A stretch of 64,000 bases of DNA from Malacoraja senta (taxonomy: Eukaryota), in assembly GCA_038087875.1 (NCBI GenBank), contig CM075980.1, positions 74,958,001 through 75,022,000 on the forward strand, in the 5' to 3' direction. The stretch's first letter is position 1. Every line of letters begins with the position of its first letter. Shown here in pieces: positions 1 through 11,654 of this stretch. The notes beneath the pieces are model-generated. The model made no database searches and was not told the DNA's origin. It worked only from the letters and a program-made list of their open reading frames with translations. Both the position numbers and the translations under genes were made by a program.

Positions 1-737
1 TATTTCGCATTTGACTGTAAGCTAAATGTTATTTAAGTATTACAAACATGATATTCCACCCAAGGACCATGCAGATTAACAATCAAACTGAATACCTGTG
101 CCTTAGCCACTTGTTAGATGAATACTGATACAATATCAAAAAAGACAAAGTGCTGGAGTAATGCAGCGGCCAGGCACCATTTCAGAGAACGTGGATAGGT
201 GATGTTTCAGGTGGGACCCATCTGACCTGCTTAGTTACTCCAGCATTTGATGTCTTTTTTTCTGCAGTTCCTTGTGTCTCCAGCCTAAATTAAAACATTC
301 CTTTCCAAGCCATATGGTTACAGGCATGAAATATTACAGAAACTGACACTCTATGAAGAATATATGTTGAATGGAACATAATACTGTGATTAAGCTACTG
401 CTAATTATGAGCATATGGTTGTGAGTTTATTGTGTGTTTTTTTATTCTAATGAACTGTGTGATCTGTTTGGAAAGTGTAAACATATTTTCATATTAGAAA
501 GGTTAGGAACAGGCCCTTCGACCTGCAATGTCTGTGTTGAAAATGATGGCAAGACCAATGCTTATCTGCCTGTATATAATCCATAAACCTCCATTCCCTG
601 CATATCCTTGTGCTTATCCAAAAGTCTCTTAAATGGCACTATTGTGTCTGCCTCCACCTCCACAACTGTAACTTCTGGGCTCAGTAGCAGCTTCTTCCCC
701 ACAACCATCAGGTTTTATAGAGTGCGATGTTTACTAA

Positions 738-1144
738 AGGGCCGGTCCCACGAGCATGCGACTGCATGCGGCGAGCGCCACCAAACCGGAAGCGGGGGCC
801 GCGCGGAGGTCGAGTGAGTGACATGAAGTTCGAGCGAAGTCCGCGGGAAGTTCGCGCGTGACGTACGCCGTCAAGACGCTGCGTACGGCGTCGAGATGTT
901 GTGCACGCCCGTTGAGGCGGTGCGTACGCCGTCGAGGCGGCTGCGGGCCGGCAGGCCGTTGCTGCGCAGAATTTTTTAACAGTGTCAGTTTTTCGGAGCC
1001 CCGCGCGATGTCGGGACCAGCTCCGCACAACTCCATACGGCTCCGGCGATTGAAGTGGGACCGGCCCCGCGAGGCCGTACGGCTCAAGCGACCACGTTAG
1101 GTCGCGCTTGCCGCATGCAGTCGCATGCTGGTGGGACAGGCCCT
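738..1144. mobile_element. Non-autonomous MITE, PIF/Harbinger-like
   Basis: About 41-bp TIR AGGGCC(G/T)GTCCCAC(G/C)AGCATGCGACTGCATGCGGC(G/A)AGCGC with 3 mismatches. Flanks TAA/TTA. CpG-rich. Confidence 0.85.
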
Positions 1145-2904
1145 TTAGCTGTTGTGCTGCTGCAAGTAAGAATTTCATTGTTCCATCTCTGGACAAATGA
1201 CAATAAACCACTCTTGACTCTTGACCCCTGTTCCAGGCAATCGCCAACCCTTGTGTAAACAAATCCTGCCCCGCACATCTCCTTTAAGTTTTCCGCCTCT
1301 CACCTTAAAGCTATGCCCTTTAGTATTTGATTTTCCATCCTTACAGAAAAGTTCTGGCACTCAACTCTATCTATGCCTCAGAATGTTACATACTTCTATC
1401 AGATCACCCCTCAACCTAAAGTTTAGAAAAGTGTACAAGGCAAACAAGGATGTTCAGAACGAGTCAACAAAATCATGTATGTGTTATAGTGTGGGAAGAA
1501 ATAATGCAATATGAAGAATAAATCGAAACTGGTGAAGAGAAGGACATGTGTTATATTTTGCTGAGTGACATTCATGAAACAAGTAATCAAATTGTAGCCT
1601 AAGAACCTAAAGGATCAGCAAGCTTTCACTCCAGATATGATAATCCTTATGGAAGTGTGTTTCTTTTGACTATAGCTCCTTTTGATTCTGGTAAAGACAT
1701 AACGTTCTCAGAATAACATTATTCAAGGCACCAGACAAGGTTTCCGCTGATGCCCCAGGTTATTCAAAATGCAAGCTCTGGAATCACAGCCTGCATTGGA
1801 GAAGCAAATGTTTAATCTGCCTGCCTGAAATATCTCTACTAAGTGACTCAAGCTTTCGCATCTAACAGTGGTATGGAGAACAAAGGAAAAAAATGTGTGC
1901 AACCCAAATTATCCCTGATAATGATAGAATTCAAAAAATAAAAAAATTACTATGAAATAAGAATAGAAGAACACTTGTCAGAATACTGATTTTTTTTAGT
2001 TACCTTTTAGGAACATTTAATTCACTAGTTGGGTACAAATTAAGATGATCATACTGCATTCAATTTTAAGTTTTGGTGTCAACAGTCGAGGATACATTTT
2101 CCCCTTTTTTTTACAGTATTACATTGAGATTTCATTTATTCTGGAGTATTCAAACACTAGATTTACGAGAAAGTGTAAGCCTTTATTTTGATAACTCTTG
2201 TCCTCTTTTTCATTCATGGTTAGGTAATTAAGCAAGTTTTTAATTTGATTGAAAAAAAAAACCCTATTCAAGTTAAAGAAGCTTTCCTGTGATGTTAATG
2301 ATGAGTGTTGTAACTCTTCACTATTATTTCCCCAGAATACAGTCTTATGCCGATCAGAATTACATGCAACAGTCAACATGTTATTATACTAGTACATCAT
2401 TATGCTTAAACATAACATTCTCAACCTTCTATGGTCTAATTGATTAGAAGTCTTCAAATTTATTGGTCGTTTTGCCATTTTTAGTGTGTAGACACAACCC
2501 ATGTTCTTTTTATGATATGTGTTCATTGTTCTCCCTATTTATTCGATTTATTTCCTTTCAGGGTTAAAAAGCCCACATATCTATTGACATTTAAACAGAT
2601 TTAGTATTCTGGTTTGCAGCTTCCCTCCCTGATGTCTTCTTGTTTTGAATGTCTTTATGCCTTAGTGAACAGAATTGGATGGAAAGCCTAAGATGCTTTC
2701 TGATAAAAGTGATTGCACTTGAGGGATGACTTTCTGGTTCAGTCTTTTCCCTCGTTCTTTTTGAAGTCTGCTGTATATTGATCTCTGTGGACTAATGTGT
2801 AGACATAGTTTTGTATTACTTCACATTATTTTCCACATACATAGAATCGGTCCATTTGGCCCACTAAGTATATGTCAGCTCTCTTAGCAGCCCATCACTT
2901 ATAT

Positions 2905-3216
2905 TTTAGTTTAGTTTAGCTTAGAGATACAGCATGGAAACAGACCCTACGGCCCACCAAGCACCACTGATCAGCACATTAACACTACCCAACACACACT
3001 AGGGGCAATTTTACATTTATACAGTTATATCAAGCCAATTAACCTACAAACTTGTACCACTTTGGAGTGTGGGAGGAAACCGAAGATCTCTGAGAAAACC
3101 CACACAGGTCACGGGGAGAACATACAAACTCCCTACAGACAGCACCTGTAGTCAGGATCGAACCTGGGTCTCTGGCGCTGTAAGGCAGCAACTCTACCGC
3201 TAGGCCACTGTGCTGC
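2905..3216 (-). mobile_element. HE1/V-SINE-type tRNA-derived SINE
   Basis: tRNA-like head (gcggtagag; ggttcgatcc B-box), V-domain ggagtttgta.gttctccccgtg, CR1-like tail with (CTAAA)n. Confidence 0.85.
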
Positions 3217-4382
3217 GATGGTAGGCAAACAACACTGATACCTTTAAATCTACTTGCTGCATAATATGGGAACATTTGGCCCATAAAGGACTTGTGATTC
3301 TTCAACAAGGATCTGCAAAGGGGAATGCTCATCTCTGGCTTAGCAAGAGTACACAGAGTGCTCTCGAAACTCTGCAGTGACTTCCAGCAGTGGAAATAGG
3401 CAGTACGTTCCAATCTGCTAGGAAGTGGCGGCCTGCCCTTAATCAAGCTCTTGGTCTTCTGCTAGCTCCCTGACTAATGCGAACAACATTCAAATTATCA
3501 AATGATGTTCATGTGTGAGTTGCAACAGAATGAACTGCCAAACTGGCCCTGTGCTCGGTCATTTTACCGCACATTTTTTTCAGCATAATCTTCTTGGCAA
3601 TTTAATGTTGTGGGAATTAAACATTGCTGATAAATTATTAGATTAAGTTATCATTATCATCTGAAAAATTATGGTTTTGTTTTAATTGATAGGTGCTTTT
3701 TTCTAATTAGTAAAGAGAAAGATGTCTATGTTGTAAACGTTGTGGTGTACAAATTAAATTTGTGCTGTGCACAAGACATATGAAATTTAATTGGGGCCTT
3801 GGTTGGGCAATATCTTCCGTGCTCAGTGCAATGTCACCTACACTTAAAAAGATAATCTCCCATAAAAGATGGGAGCTTTTAAAGAGACAGTTTTCACTGA
3901 GAGCTTCAGCATCAACTGCTGGGGTTGATTTGTGGCAGATTTGACGTAGAGGTGCATGCAGTGGTGAAAATGGGCCAGTTTGATGGATAGTCTGTTGGGA
4001 AAGTATCTGAAGCTATGTTTGAGATATGACCAAACCAGTGAGAAACGTGTGTGACACAGGCCAGCAAGAAATCTAAAATACTGTTATCCTTGTTGCAGGT
4101 CGGAGATGGGTGTAGGTATCATTGTTTCAGGCAGACAAATAGGACGGAGCTATTGGAAATAGGTGTCCAGGGCAAGCAGCAAATGGTCGGGTTCTCTCCC
4201 TCCAAAATGGAAATGACTGCAATATTGGGGTAACCAGCTCCCTTCTGAAATCCAATGGTTATCTTTGCTGATATCCTCCTACTGGTGACAGACAAGGACT
4301 GGTCATTTACCCTATGGTCACGCAGGTTTCCTTGCTGGCATTAAGACCTGTTAAATGTTAAATCATATTAAAGCATTAAATC

Positions 4383-4649
4383 GCAGCAGTAGAGCTGCTG
4401 CCTTACAGTGCCAGAGAACCGGGCTCGATCTTGACTTAGGGCGCTATCTCTACGCAGTTTGCATGCTTCCCCCCGTGATTGCACGGGTTTTCTCCCGATG
4501 CTCCGGTTTCCTCCCACATTCCAAAGACGTGCAAGTTTGTATTTAATTGGGCCCCATACATAGAACTAGCATAAGGGTGATCGCTGGCCGGCGTGGAGTC
4601 AGTGGGCCGATAGGTCTCTTACCATTGCTGTATCTCTTAACTAAACTAA
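4383..4649 (+). mobile_element. HE1/V-SINE-type SINE
   Basis: Same head, V-domain and tail. Confidence 0.8.
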
Positions 4650-6300
4650 TGCATTTAAGGCATGTATAAAGCATGTAGACACACACAACTGTTGCAACGC
4701 AATATGAAAAAATGCATGTTACCTGCCAATTGCCTCAAATTCCAGACACAATGGCCTAATGTACAAACACTCCAACAGTTTATAGGTCATGTTTGGAAAT
4801 GCAGATTACATTTAGTAATTGACTTTGAACTTCAACACTATTATGTGACGTATGGAAACCATTCCCAGTTCAACAGTGCATTTAGCCATTCACAGATTAT
4901 GACTAAAATATGTCATGGGCCAAGGTGTTACATGAAAAGACACATTGTGATCCATACAATTGTTTTAAAGTGAACAAGAGTTCCTTCCTTACTAAATCAA
5001 TTGCGATCATATTTTGCTGAGAATTTTAAATGGGAATTTTATCAATCAGTTACTGACTGACAGAAGTTGTTGGTCTTTTAAATCATTGTCGCATGCTGAG
5101 CCATTAACAGTGTATTCCAAAGATTCTCATGAAATATTAATACTGGTGTGATTGATTTGCTTTAGCATTTTAACATGGGGAGCTGTGCAAGTGAATACTG
5201 AACAGCTGTGACGATGCATTCAGTAAAGAAAGGTTAAAACGTACCATTATCAATTTGCTGCTTGAAATTTGTTGCAATGTGCACACATTGTATGGACAAA
5301 TTACACGATTACATTATTTACAGTGCATTTTTTATTTGAATGAAAATCATCTGCTGGTGACAATGCATCCTATTTTTCATTTTCAAGCCCTGCAAATCTG
5401 CTCTTTCTCCTAAATATTTCCTTTAGCTGATCGGTAGACAATATACAGTATGTAAATGGCCATTAATATCTAGCGTGTGCATTCACCATGAGGCAGGAAG
5501 AAACAGCTTGGTGCTGATCGCCTATTCACTTGCTTCTCTTCCATAGGAACAAATTAGTTTCTCCTTGTATCATTGCCACATACTGCTGACTTTGAGAACT
5601 AATTTTATACTCTGCTGCCTTTCAGTATACCTGTACACAGTGCTGCTAATTAACCCAAAATGGGCCTTAAAAGCCATCGGGTAATGAATGGGTTATATTT
5701 GGACAGACACCTTTACTAATACTTTGTAAACTTGTTTGGGTTACAGATTTTTAAGTGTTTTTATTAAGCTTTCCATTCATAATGAAATTATTAATATCTC
5801 AAATCTTTTTGAATTACTTTCTGATTTTTAGGTATTTTTCAACTAGTCATTGGTCTATAATACATCCCAAAATGAAAGTATTTCCTTATCCAATTTAAGG
5901 AATAACTGAACACCATCATAATTAAAGATTTCCATGCCTGAGGCTATAATAACGTCCTTAATGCTACCTACGATTAATTTCCTTCACTCCTGACTTCAAA
6001 ATTCTGCAGCTTAGAATATCGTGTTGCCCGTCTGGATTTGTGTCATATATTTCCAACACAACCATACAATGTCCCCCATTCTAATTAATTTCTCTAGTTC
6101 TCTGCCTTATTGCAGTTCCTTTGCATAATTGAACGAGTACACTACAATCTTGACCCATTCATACTTCATAATGCAACTTAATTGTTCTTATTTTCATATT
6201 CTATGGTATTCACTCGAGAAAATGTCTATACATATCTTCCTCTTACTATGTTAAACATATTTTTTAAATTTCTGTGCTGCTTAATTCTTAAATGGCCGTT

Positions 6301-6680
6301 TCAATCAATCAATCAATCAATCAGATTTATTCATCACATACTCATTAAAGTGCAGTGAAATGAACTTGCCAGCAGCGGTACAATAAAAAAGAACATACAA
6401 CACACCATAAAAATTGAACACAAACATCCACCACAGCATTCTTCACTGTGGTGGAAGGCACAAAGTATAGTCAGTCCTCCTCCATTTTCCCCCGTGGTCG
6501 GGGCCATAACCTCCGCAGTCACCGCTGCGGGCGGCCAGATGTGCAGGCCCTCTCGTCTGGAAGGTAAGTCCCGAATTGGTGCTTCCCTACCGGAGACTGC
6601 GGCTTCAGGAAGACGTAGGCCGCAGGCCAGCGGTCGGAGCTCTTCTCCAGGGATGCCCGGCGAGGGATTCTTCCCCCATA
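6301..6680 (-). mobile_element. Non-LTR element 3' end with a (TTGA)n tail
   Basis: (TCAA)5 microsatellite next to tttatt (AATAAA on minus) and a GC-richer body. Family not identified. Confidence 0.5.
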
Positions 6681-6763
6681 CATAACCTTTGCAATAAGAT
6701 TTAGCTTTAATCCTCCTGCAATTGTATTTATTGACATTAATAGAAATGTAAAGTCAAGCCTTA

Positions 6764-7470
6764 TTAGAGTCATACAGTCATAGAGTGATACAGTGTGGTA
6801 ACAGGCCCTTCGGCCCAACTTGCCCACACCGGCCAACATGTCCCAGCTACACTGGTCTCACCTGCCTGCGCTTGGTCCAGATACCTCCAAACCTCTCCTA
6901 TCCATGCACCTGTTTCTTAAACATTGGGATAGTCCCAGCCTCAACTACTTCATCTGGCAGCTTGTTCCATACACCCACCAACCTTTGTGAAAAGGTTACC
7001 CCTCAGATTCCTATTAAAATCTTTTCCCATTCACCTTGAACCTATGTCCTCTGGTCCTCGATTCCCCTAATTTTGGCAAGAGACTCTGTGCATCTACCTG
7101 ATCTATTCCTCTCATTATTTTGTACACCTCTATAAGATCATCACATCCTCCTACGCTCCAAGGAATAGAGACCCAGACTACTCAACCTCTCCATGTAGCT
7201 CACACCCTTTAGTCCTGGCAGCATCCTCGTAAATCTTCTCTGAACCCTTTCAAGCTTTACAATGTCTTTCCCAGAACTGAACACAATACTCTAAGTGCCG
7301 TCTCACCAATGTCTTATACAAATGCAACATGACCTCGCAACTTCTATACTCTATACTCTGACTGATAAAGGCCAATGTGCCAAAAGCCTTTTTGACCATG
7401 CGACTCGACCTTCAAGGAACATGCACCTGCACTCCGAGACCCCTCTGCTCTACAACACTCCCCAGAGGGT
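6764..7470 (-). mobile_element. CR1-type LINE 3' fragment
   Basis: (ATGACTCT)-like tail and the ggccgaagggcctg 3' stem-loop shared with the HE1 SINE tails; decayed ORF2 end. Confidence 0.8.
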
Positions 7471-7552
7471 CAAGAAGAAGGGTCTGAAGAAGGGTCCCGA
7501 CCCAAAACATCACCCATTTCTCTCCAGAGATGCTGCTTTTCCCGCTGAGTTA

Positions 7553-8204
7553 AGGGCCTGTCGCACTTGGCTGTCTTTTGCGCGCCATTTACGCGACCTG
7601 CTAGCGTGTGGGTAGCGGGTGGATAGCGCGGGGACGGGTGCATGGTGTGATGTGGAGGAGTGTGGACTTCGTCCTGCACGAAATCTTCGCGCGCCACCGG
7701 CCTGTCGCGTAACTGACGGCCAAAGTTGGACAGGCCCAAGACTCTGGCGCGACGCAAGGTCTCACCTCCAACAGCAGCAGAAGCAGGCAAACGATCGCCG
7801 AGCTTGGCCTGGGGCTCACGGCCGTTGCGGATCCGGATCCGCCCCCACTTCTACTCCCAGAGCGGGGCCTAGAAAATTGAAGATAGACACTAAATGCTGC
7901 AGTAACTCAGCGGGACCAGCAGCATCTCTGGAGAGAAGGAATGGATGATGTTTTGGGTCAAGACCCTTCTTTCAGACTGAAGAAGAGTCTCGACCGGAAA
8001 CATCATCCATTCGTTCTCTCCAGAGATGCTGCCAGTCCCGCTGAGTTACTGCTGCATTTTGTGTCTACCTTCAAATGACGTCACACGCTCCAGACGGCTG
8101 TGGGTGCGCATGATGACGCCCGCGACACTCACGGGACCGTCGCGCCTCAACGCGACGACAAGGTCGCGTAATTAGCGTGCCAAGGACATGTAAGTGGGAC
8201 AGTC
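7553..8204. mobile_element. Related PIF/Harbinger-like MITE with eroded right TIR
   Basis: Left end AGGGCCTGTCGCACTT, right end AAGTGGGACAGTC. TTA at 7550-52 and 8205-07. It interrupts a pLTR fragment at ctgagTTAct. Confidence 0.75.
7877..8074. repeat. ~200-bp near-perfect palindrome of two head-to-head pLTR halves, nested in a MITE
   Basis: Arms ttgaagatagacac...ttcag|a|ctgaag...gtgtctaccttcaa. Confidence 0.85.
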
Positions 8205-8209
8205 TTACT

Positions 8210-8753
8210 TTTCTGTATTTTACCTAATTCCCTAAACTCGTTTTGGAGAACCTCCTTCCTCTTTCAACCTATATTGTTTGTGCCAACATGCACAACAACT
8301 TCCGGCTGCTCCCCCTCCCTCTCGAGGATGCCGTGTAGCCATTTTGAGATGTCCTGGACCTTGACACCAGGGAGCCAGCGCACTATCCTGGAGTCTCGCC
8401 TGTTTCCATAGAATCTCTTGCCTGCACCTCTGACTATCGAGTCGCCCGCCACTATGGCTCTGCCTGACGTGTCATCCACGCCGGCAGCTCCCAAGAGGGT
8501 GTACCTGTTTTCAATAGGTACAGCCACCGGGGTCTCCTGCACTCCATGTTTACTTCTCGTACTCGTTGTCACCTACGTTCGCTCTTCTTGTATCCTCGGT
8601 GTGACCACCTTACTGTACGTCCTGTCCAGGAAACTCTCGTTTTCCCAGATGGTCCTGAGGTCATCAAGCTGCAGCTCCAGTTTCCTTCAGGAGCAGCCAC
8701 CTGGACGCAATTTCCGCAGGTGTAGTTGTCAGAGGCAACAGCAGTGTCCCTGA
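8210..8753 (-). mobile_element. CR1 LINE ORF1 fragment (zinc-finger second half and SGNH esterase)
   Basis: AIVAGDSIVRG...LPG.K..D...PEVVVHVGTNNIG esterase motifs and YTCGNC. Continues at 11215 onward. Confidence 0.85.
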
Positions 8754-11214
8754 TAGGCTGGGCCGAGGAGCTTTTTCGTTCAAGTTCGTGACCCAACTCA
8801 CGGAACTACCTGAATTTTTAACATATTGTGTAAAAATATTATGTAAATCATACCTGAAACTCGTCAAGATCAAAACCTGCACATTTTTTTAAAATATGAG
8901 AAAAACTTCCAACATCCCGAGTAGTAATTGTCCAATCAATGCACATTTGACATTGAGGTCGGATGCAAATTTGACCAATCCCGCGGTTTGTTTTATGGTT
9001 GCTAGGCAGCGAGGACCCTGGGATCATGGCTGCCTCCTAATTACATCAAAACAATAACAAGGTTTCGAAGGAATAAAGGTAATGCTAACCTTGTTGATAA
9101 TTTTGTTTTTCAATTGATTTAACTTTATAAAGTTATGATGCGAACTATTAAATAAAAATGATAAATAACAAATGTAGAGCTAGTAGCAATGTTACAAAAT
9201 TTTGAGATTTAAAAAATCAAGTCTGCAATTTATCCCATCAGATAAAGCATAAAAAGAAGTTTAATTTGACACTTAATTCACTTTCATATCTTCAGTATTA
9301 AAAAAGTTATGGCCATTATCATACTCAGAAATTAGCATCTAGTTCCCTATTGCTTTTCCATTGACTTAACACAAAAGCTGTGATCGAGGACAGTTAAAAG
9401 CCCATAACTTTCTTAAAAATTATGGTAACTGAAAGAAATTTTCAGGTATTATAGATTGAAGCATTCTGAAACAAATATGAAACAATCTTACTTCGAAGAC
9501 ATGAAAGTAAAGCATATAATTAGTTAGTTACCTAATTGTAGCTAATTACAAAATTCAATTACTAGATCTAAACATCTATCAATTTCTTAAGAATAGATTA
9601 ACATTTTTAAATAGCCTAAGTGTCCAAATAACATTCACACAATAATTCACAATATAACATAATTTTTAAATCTAATTTTCATGAATTTACAGGCCAAATG
9701 GAAGGAATTGAATGTTTAATACCTGTAAATTAATGGGCATTTAATTCATCTTGCGAGTGAGAATTTCTGGAACGCGATCTTTTGGAACGTTCATTTGCGG
9801 TGAATTTAACCCCGTATTGGCATGAAAAATACTGCCGTTAATTCGGGGAATAAAATCACCGTGTCGCATGAAAAAATGTGAATTAAAGGCTTCTTAAGAA
9901 GCACTTTTATACATTTAAAGAAAGCACTTTCGTTTACCTGTCCATTGTGTGAAATCCGTCCCCGTTATTGGCGTTGACGCTTCAGGAGCTGATTTTAAAA
10001 TGACTGTAGCGCTGACATTGACGATTTAATAAAAATAAAAAAATCACAAAACGCGGGTAGGAATGATTTTGTCAGAGTTTGTTTGTACTCCAACAAAATA
10101 TTTCCAGGACAAGGGAGGAGAAACCGCGTTTTAACCCCGCCCCCCCCTTAAAGGCGCCAAAATCGCACACACGGCCAGTGGCAGAATTACAGCGCGACTG
10201 AAGGTAAGTTTTGTAACATACCTAGAGCTAGTGTTAGGATTAGGGTCAGTTGGTCATTCAGTCGGTTATTCAGTCAGTCAGTCGGTCGGGCTTGTCGGTA
10301 GGCCAATGGATGCTGTGGAGGATCGGTCGGGCTGTCTAGCCGCCGGTGGGTGGTGAGAGTTGGGCCGGGCCGCTGGTGGGTGGTGAGAGTGGTCGGTCCG
10401 CCGGTGGGTGGTGAGAGTGGCCGGATGGCCGGTGAGTGCTGCGAGTGGTCGGATGGTCTGTCGGTAGGCCGGTGTTGCAGCGAGCATGTGGCGGTCTGAC
10501 GGAGCCGGCGCTATGGTGGTGCTGAAGGCGGCCCGGGCGGCGTGCAGGGCAATGCTGCTCCCCACCATCATCACCACGATGATCCAGAAGGGCATGCTGG
10601 TCGAGGTGGACGCACTGCGGGGCCACACTTACGGAGCCCGCAGCTGGTCCCAAAGCGGCTCCAGCTCCAGCCGTGGGCAGCACTGGAAAGGGGGGGGGGG
10701 GGCGAGTTATGGTTAGGGTTAGGCATTTTCCTGTCAGTGGAAGATGCCTTAGCCTTCCCCCAGCCTGGCACTGCCCCAATCCCACTATGGCCGTGACCCG
10801 CACTCTGCACACTGGCAGTCAGTGAGGTTCAGTAAACGGGGGAACCCAGAGGAACTGCCCTCACCCATTAATTAGGCTGGTTCGGGAGGCGGACCTCTGC
10901 GGCAGTCTCATTCAAAATACACACTCACAATTAGATGAATTATATTATGTTTATGGTATAATAATATATGGTTTAAATAGACTGCAACACGGAAATAGGC
11001 TCCCCATGGTGTAATATGGGCAATGGACACTAGATAGCGCTTACATTTTCAATCTCATTTTCTAATTAGTTTAATTAATTAATGAGCAACCTTTAGCACT
11101 GACGAGTTATGACTTCCTTCTCAATTATATTTTATCTAAATCTGTGCAAAGTTTCATGTAGTTCCGAGACCTGGGTCACGAAAGTTGATATCTAGATGCT
11201 CGGTCCACAGCCTA
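8754..11214. mobile_element. Non-autonomous TIR DNA transposon with TAG...CTA ends and a 3-bp TSD (Academ-like)
   Basis: Imperfect ~130-bp TIRs (TAGGCTG..CCGAG..TTCGTGACCCA..CGGAACTAC). TGA at 8751-53 and 11215-17. Removing the element rejoins the CR1 ORF1 frame. Confidence 0.8.
9184..10224. mobile_element. ~1.04-kb non-autonomous TIR element nested in the Academ-like element (hAT-like ends)
   Basis: Imperfect TIR TAGCAATGTTACAAAA / TTTTGTAACATACCTA. GAGCTAG direct repeat on both sides. Confidence 0.8.
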
Positions 11215-11330
11215 TGACTTCCCACCTCCTGCAAGTGAGACACTGTAACATCCTCCCTGCCATTACTTCAGTAGACAAATCACAGTTAGACACACGCACA
11301 GAGCTGAGTGAAACCTATTCCCTTCTCTGC
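11215..11330 (-). mobile_element. CR1 ORF1 5' portion (MLQCLTCRRWEV), separated from 8210-8753 by the TIR insertion
   Basis: The reverse complement reads ATG TTA CAG TGT CTC ACT TGC AGG AGG TGG GAA GTC A, in frame with GG GAC ACT on the other side. Confidence 0.75.
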
Positions 11331-11361
11331 TGCTGAAAGCATCCTTCAATAATATTAATTC

Positions 11362-11654
11362 AATAAGAATAAGGAGTAAGCCATTTAGAACGGAGACGAG
11401 GAAACACTTTTTCTCACAGAGAGTGGTGAGTCTGTGGAATTCTCTGCCTCAGAGGGAGGCAGGTTCTCTGGATGCTTTCAAGAGAGAGCTAGATAGGGCT
11501 CTTAAAAATAGCGGAGTCAGGGGATTTGGGGAGAAGGCAGGAACGGGGTACTGATTGGGGATGATCAGCCATGATCATATTGAATGGCGGTGCTGGCTCG
11601 AAGGGCCAAATGGCCTACTCCTGCACCTTTTGTCTATTGTCTATATTGTCTATT
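11362..11654 (+). mobile_element. CR1/HER1-type LINE 3' fragment
   Basis: Same family as 29378-29783; FFSQRVVSLWNSLP; (TGTCTAT)n tail. Confidence 0.85.

Noticed and set aside
608-1360. Overlapping ORFs up to 184 aa
   Set aside because: By-product of the GC-rich, stop-poor MITE; no recognisable domain.
10340-10426. Short direct repeats as a CRISPR-like array
   Set aside because: Eukaryotic context, only three units, no unique spacers; a simple minisatellite.
10507-10526. REST/NRSE-like sequence on minus (TTCAGCACCACCATAGCGCC)
   Set aside because: The left half-site is perfect but the GGACAG right half is missing, and it lies inside transposon cargo.
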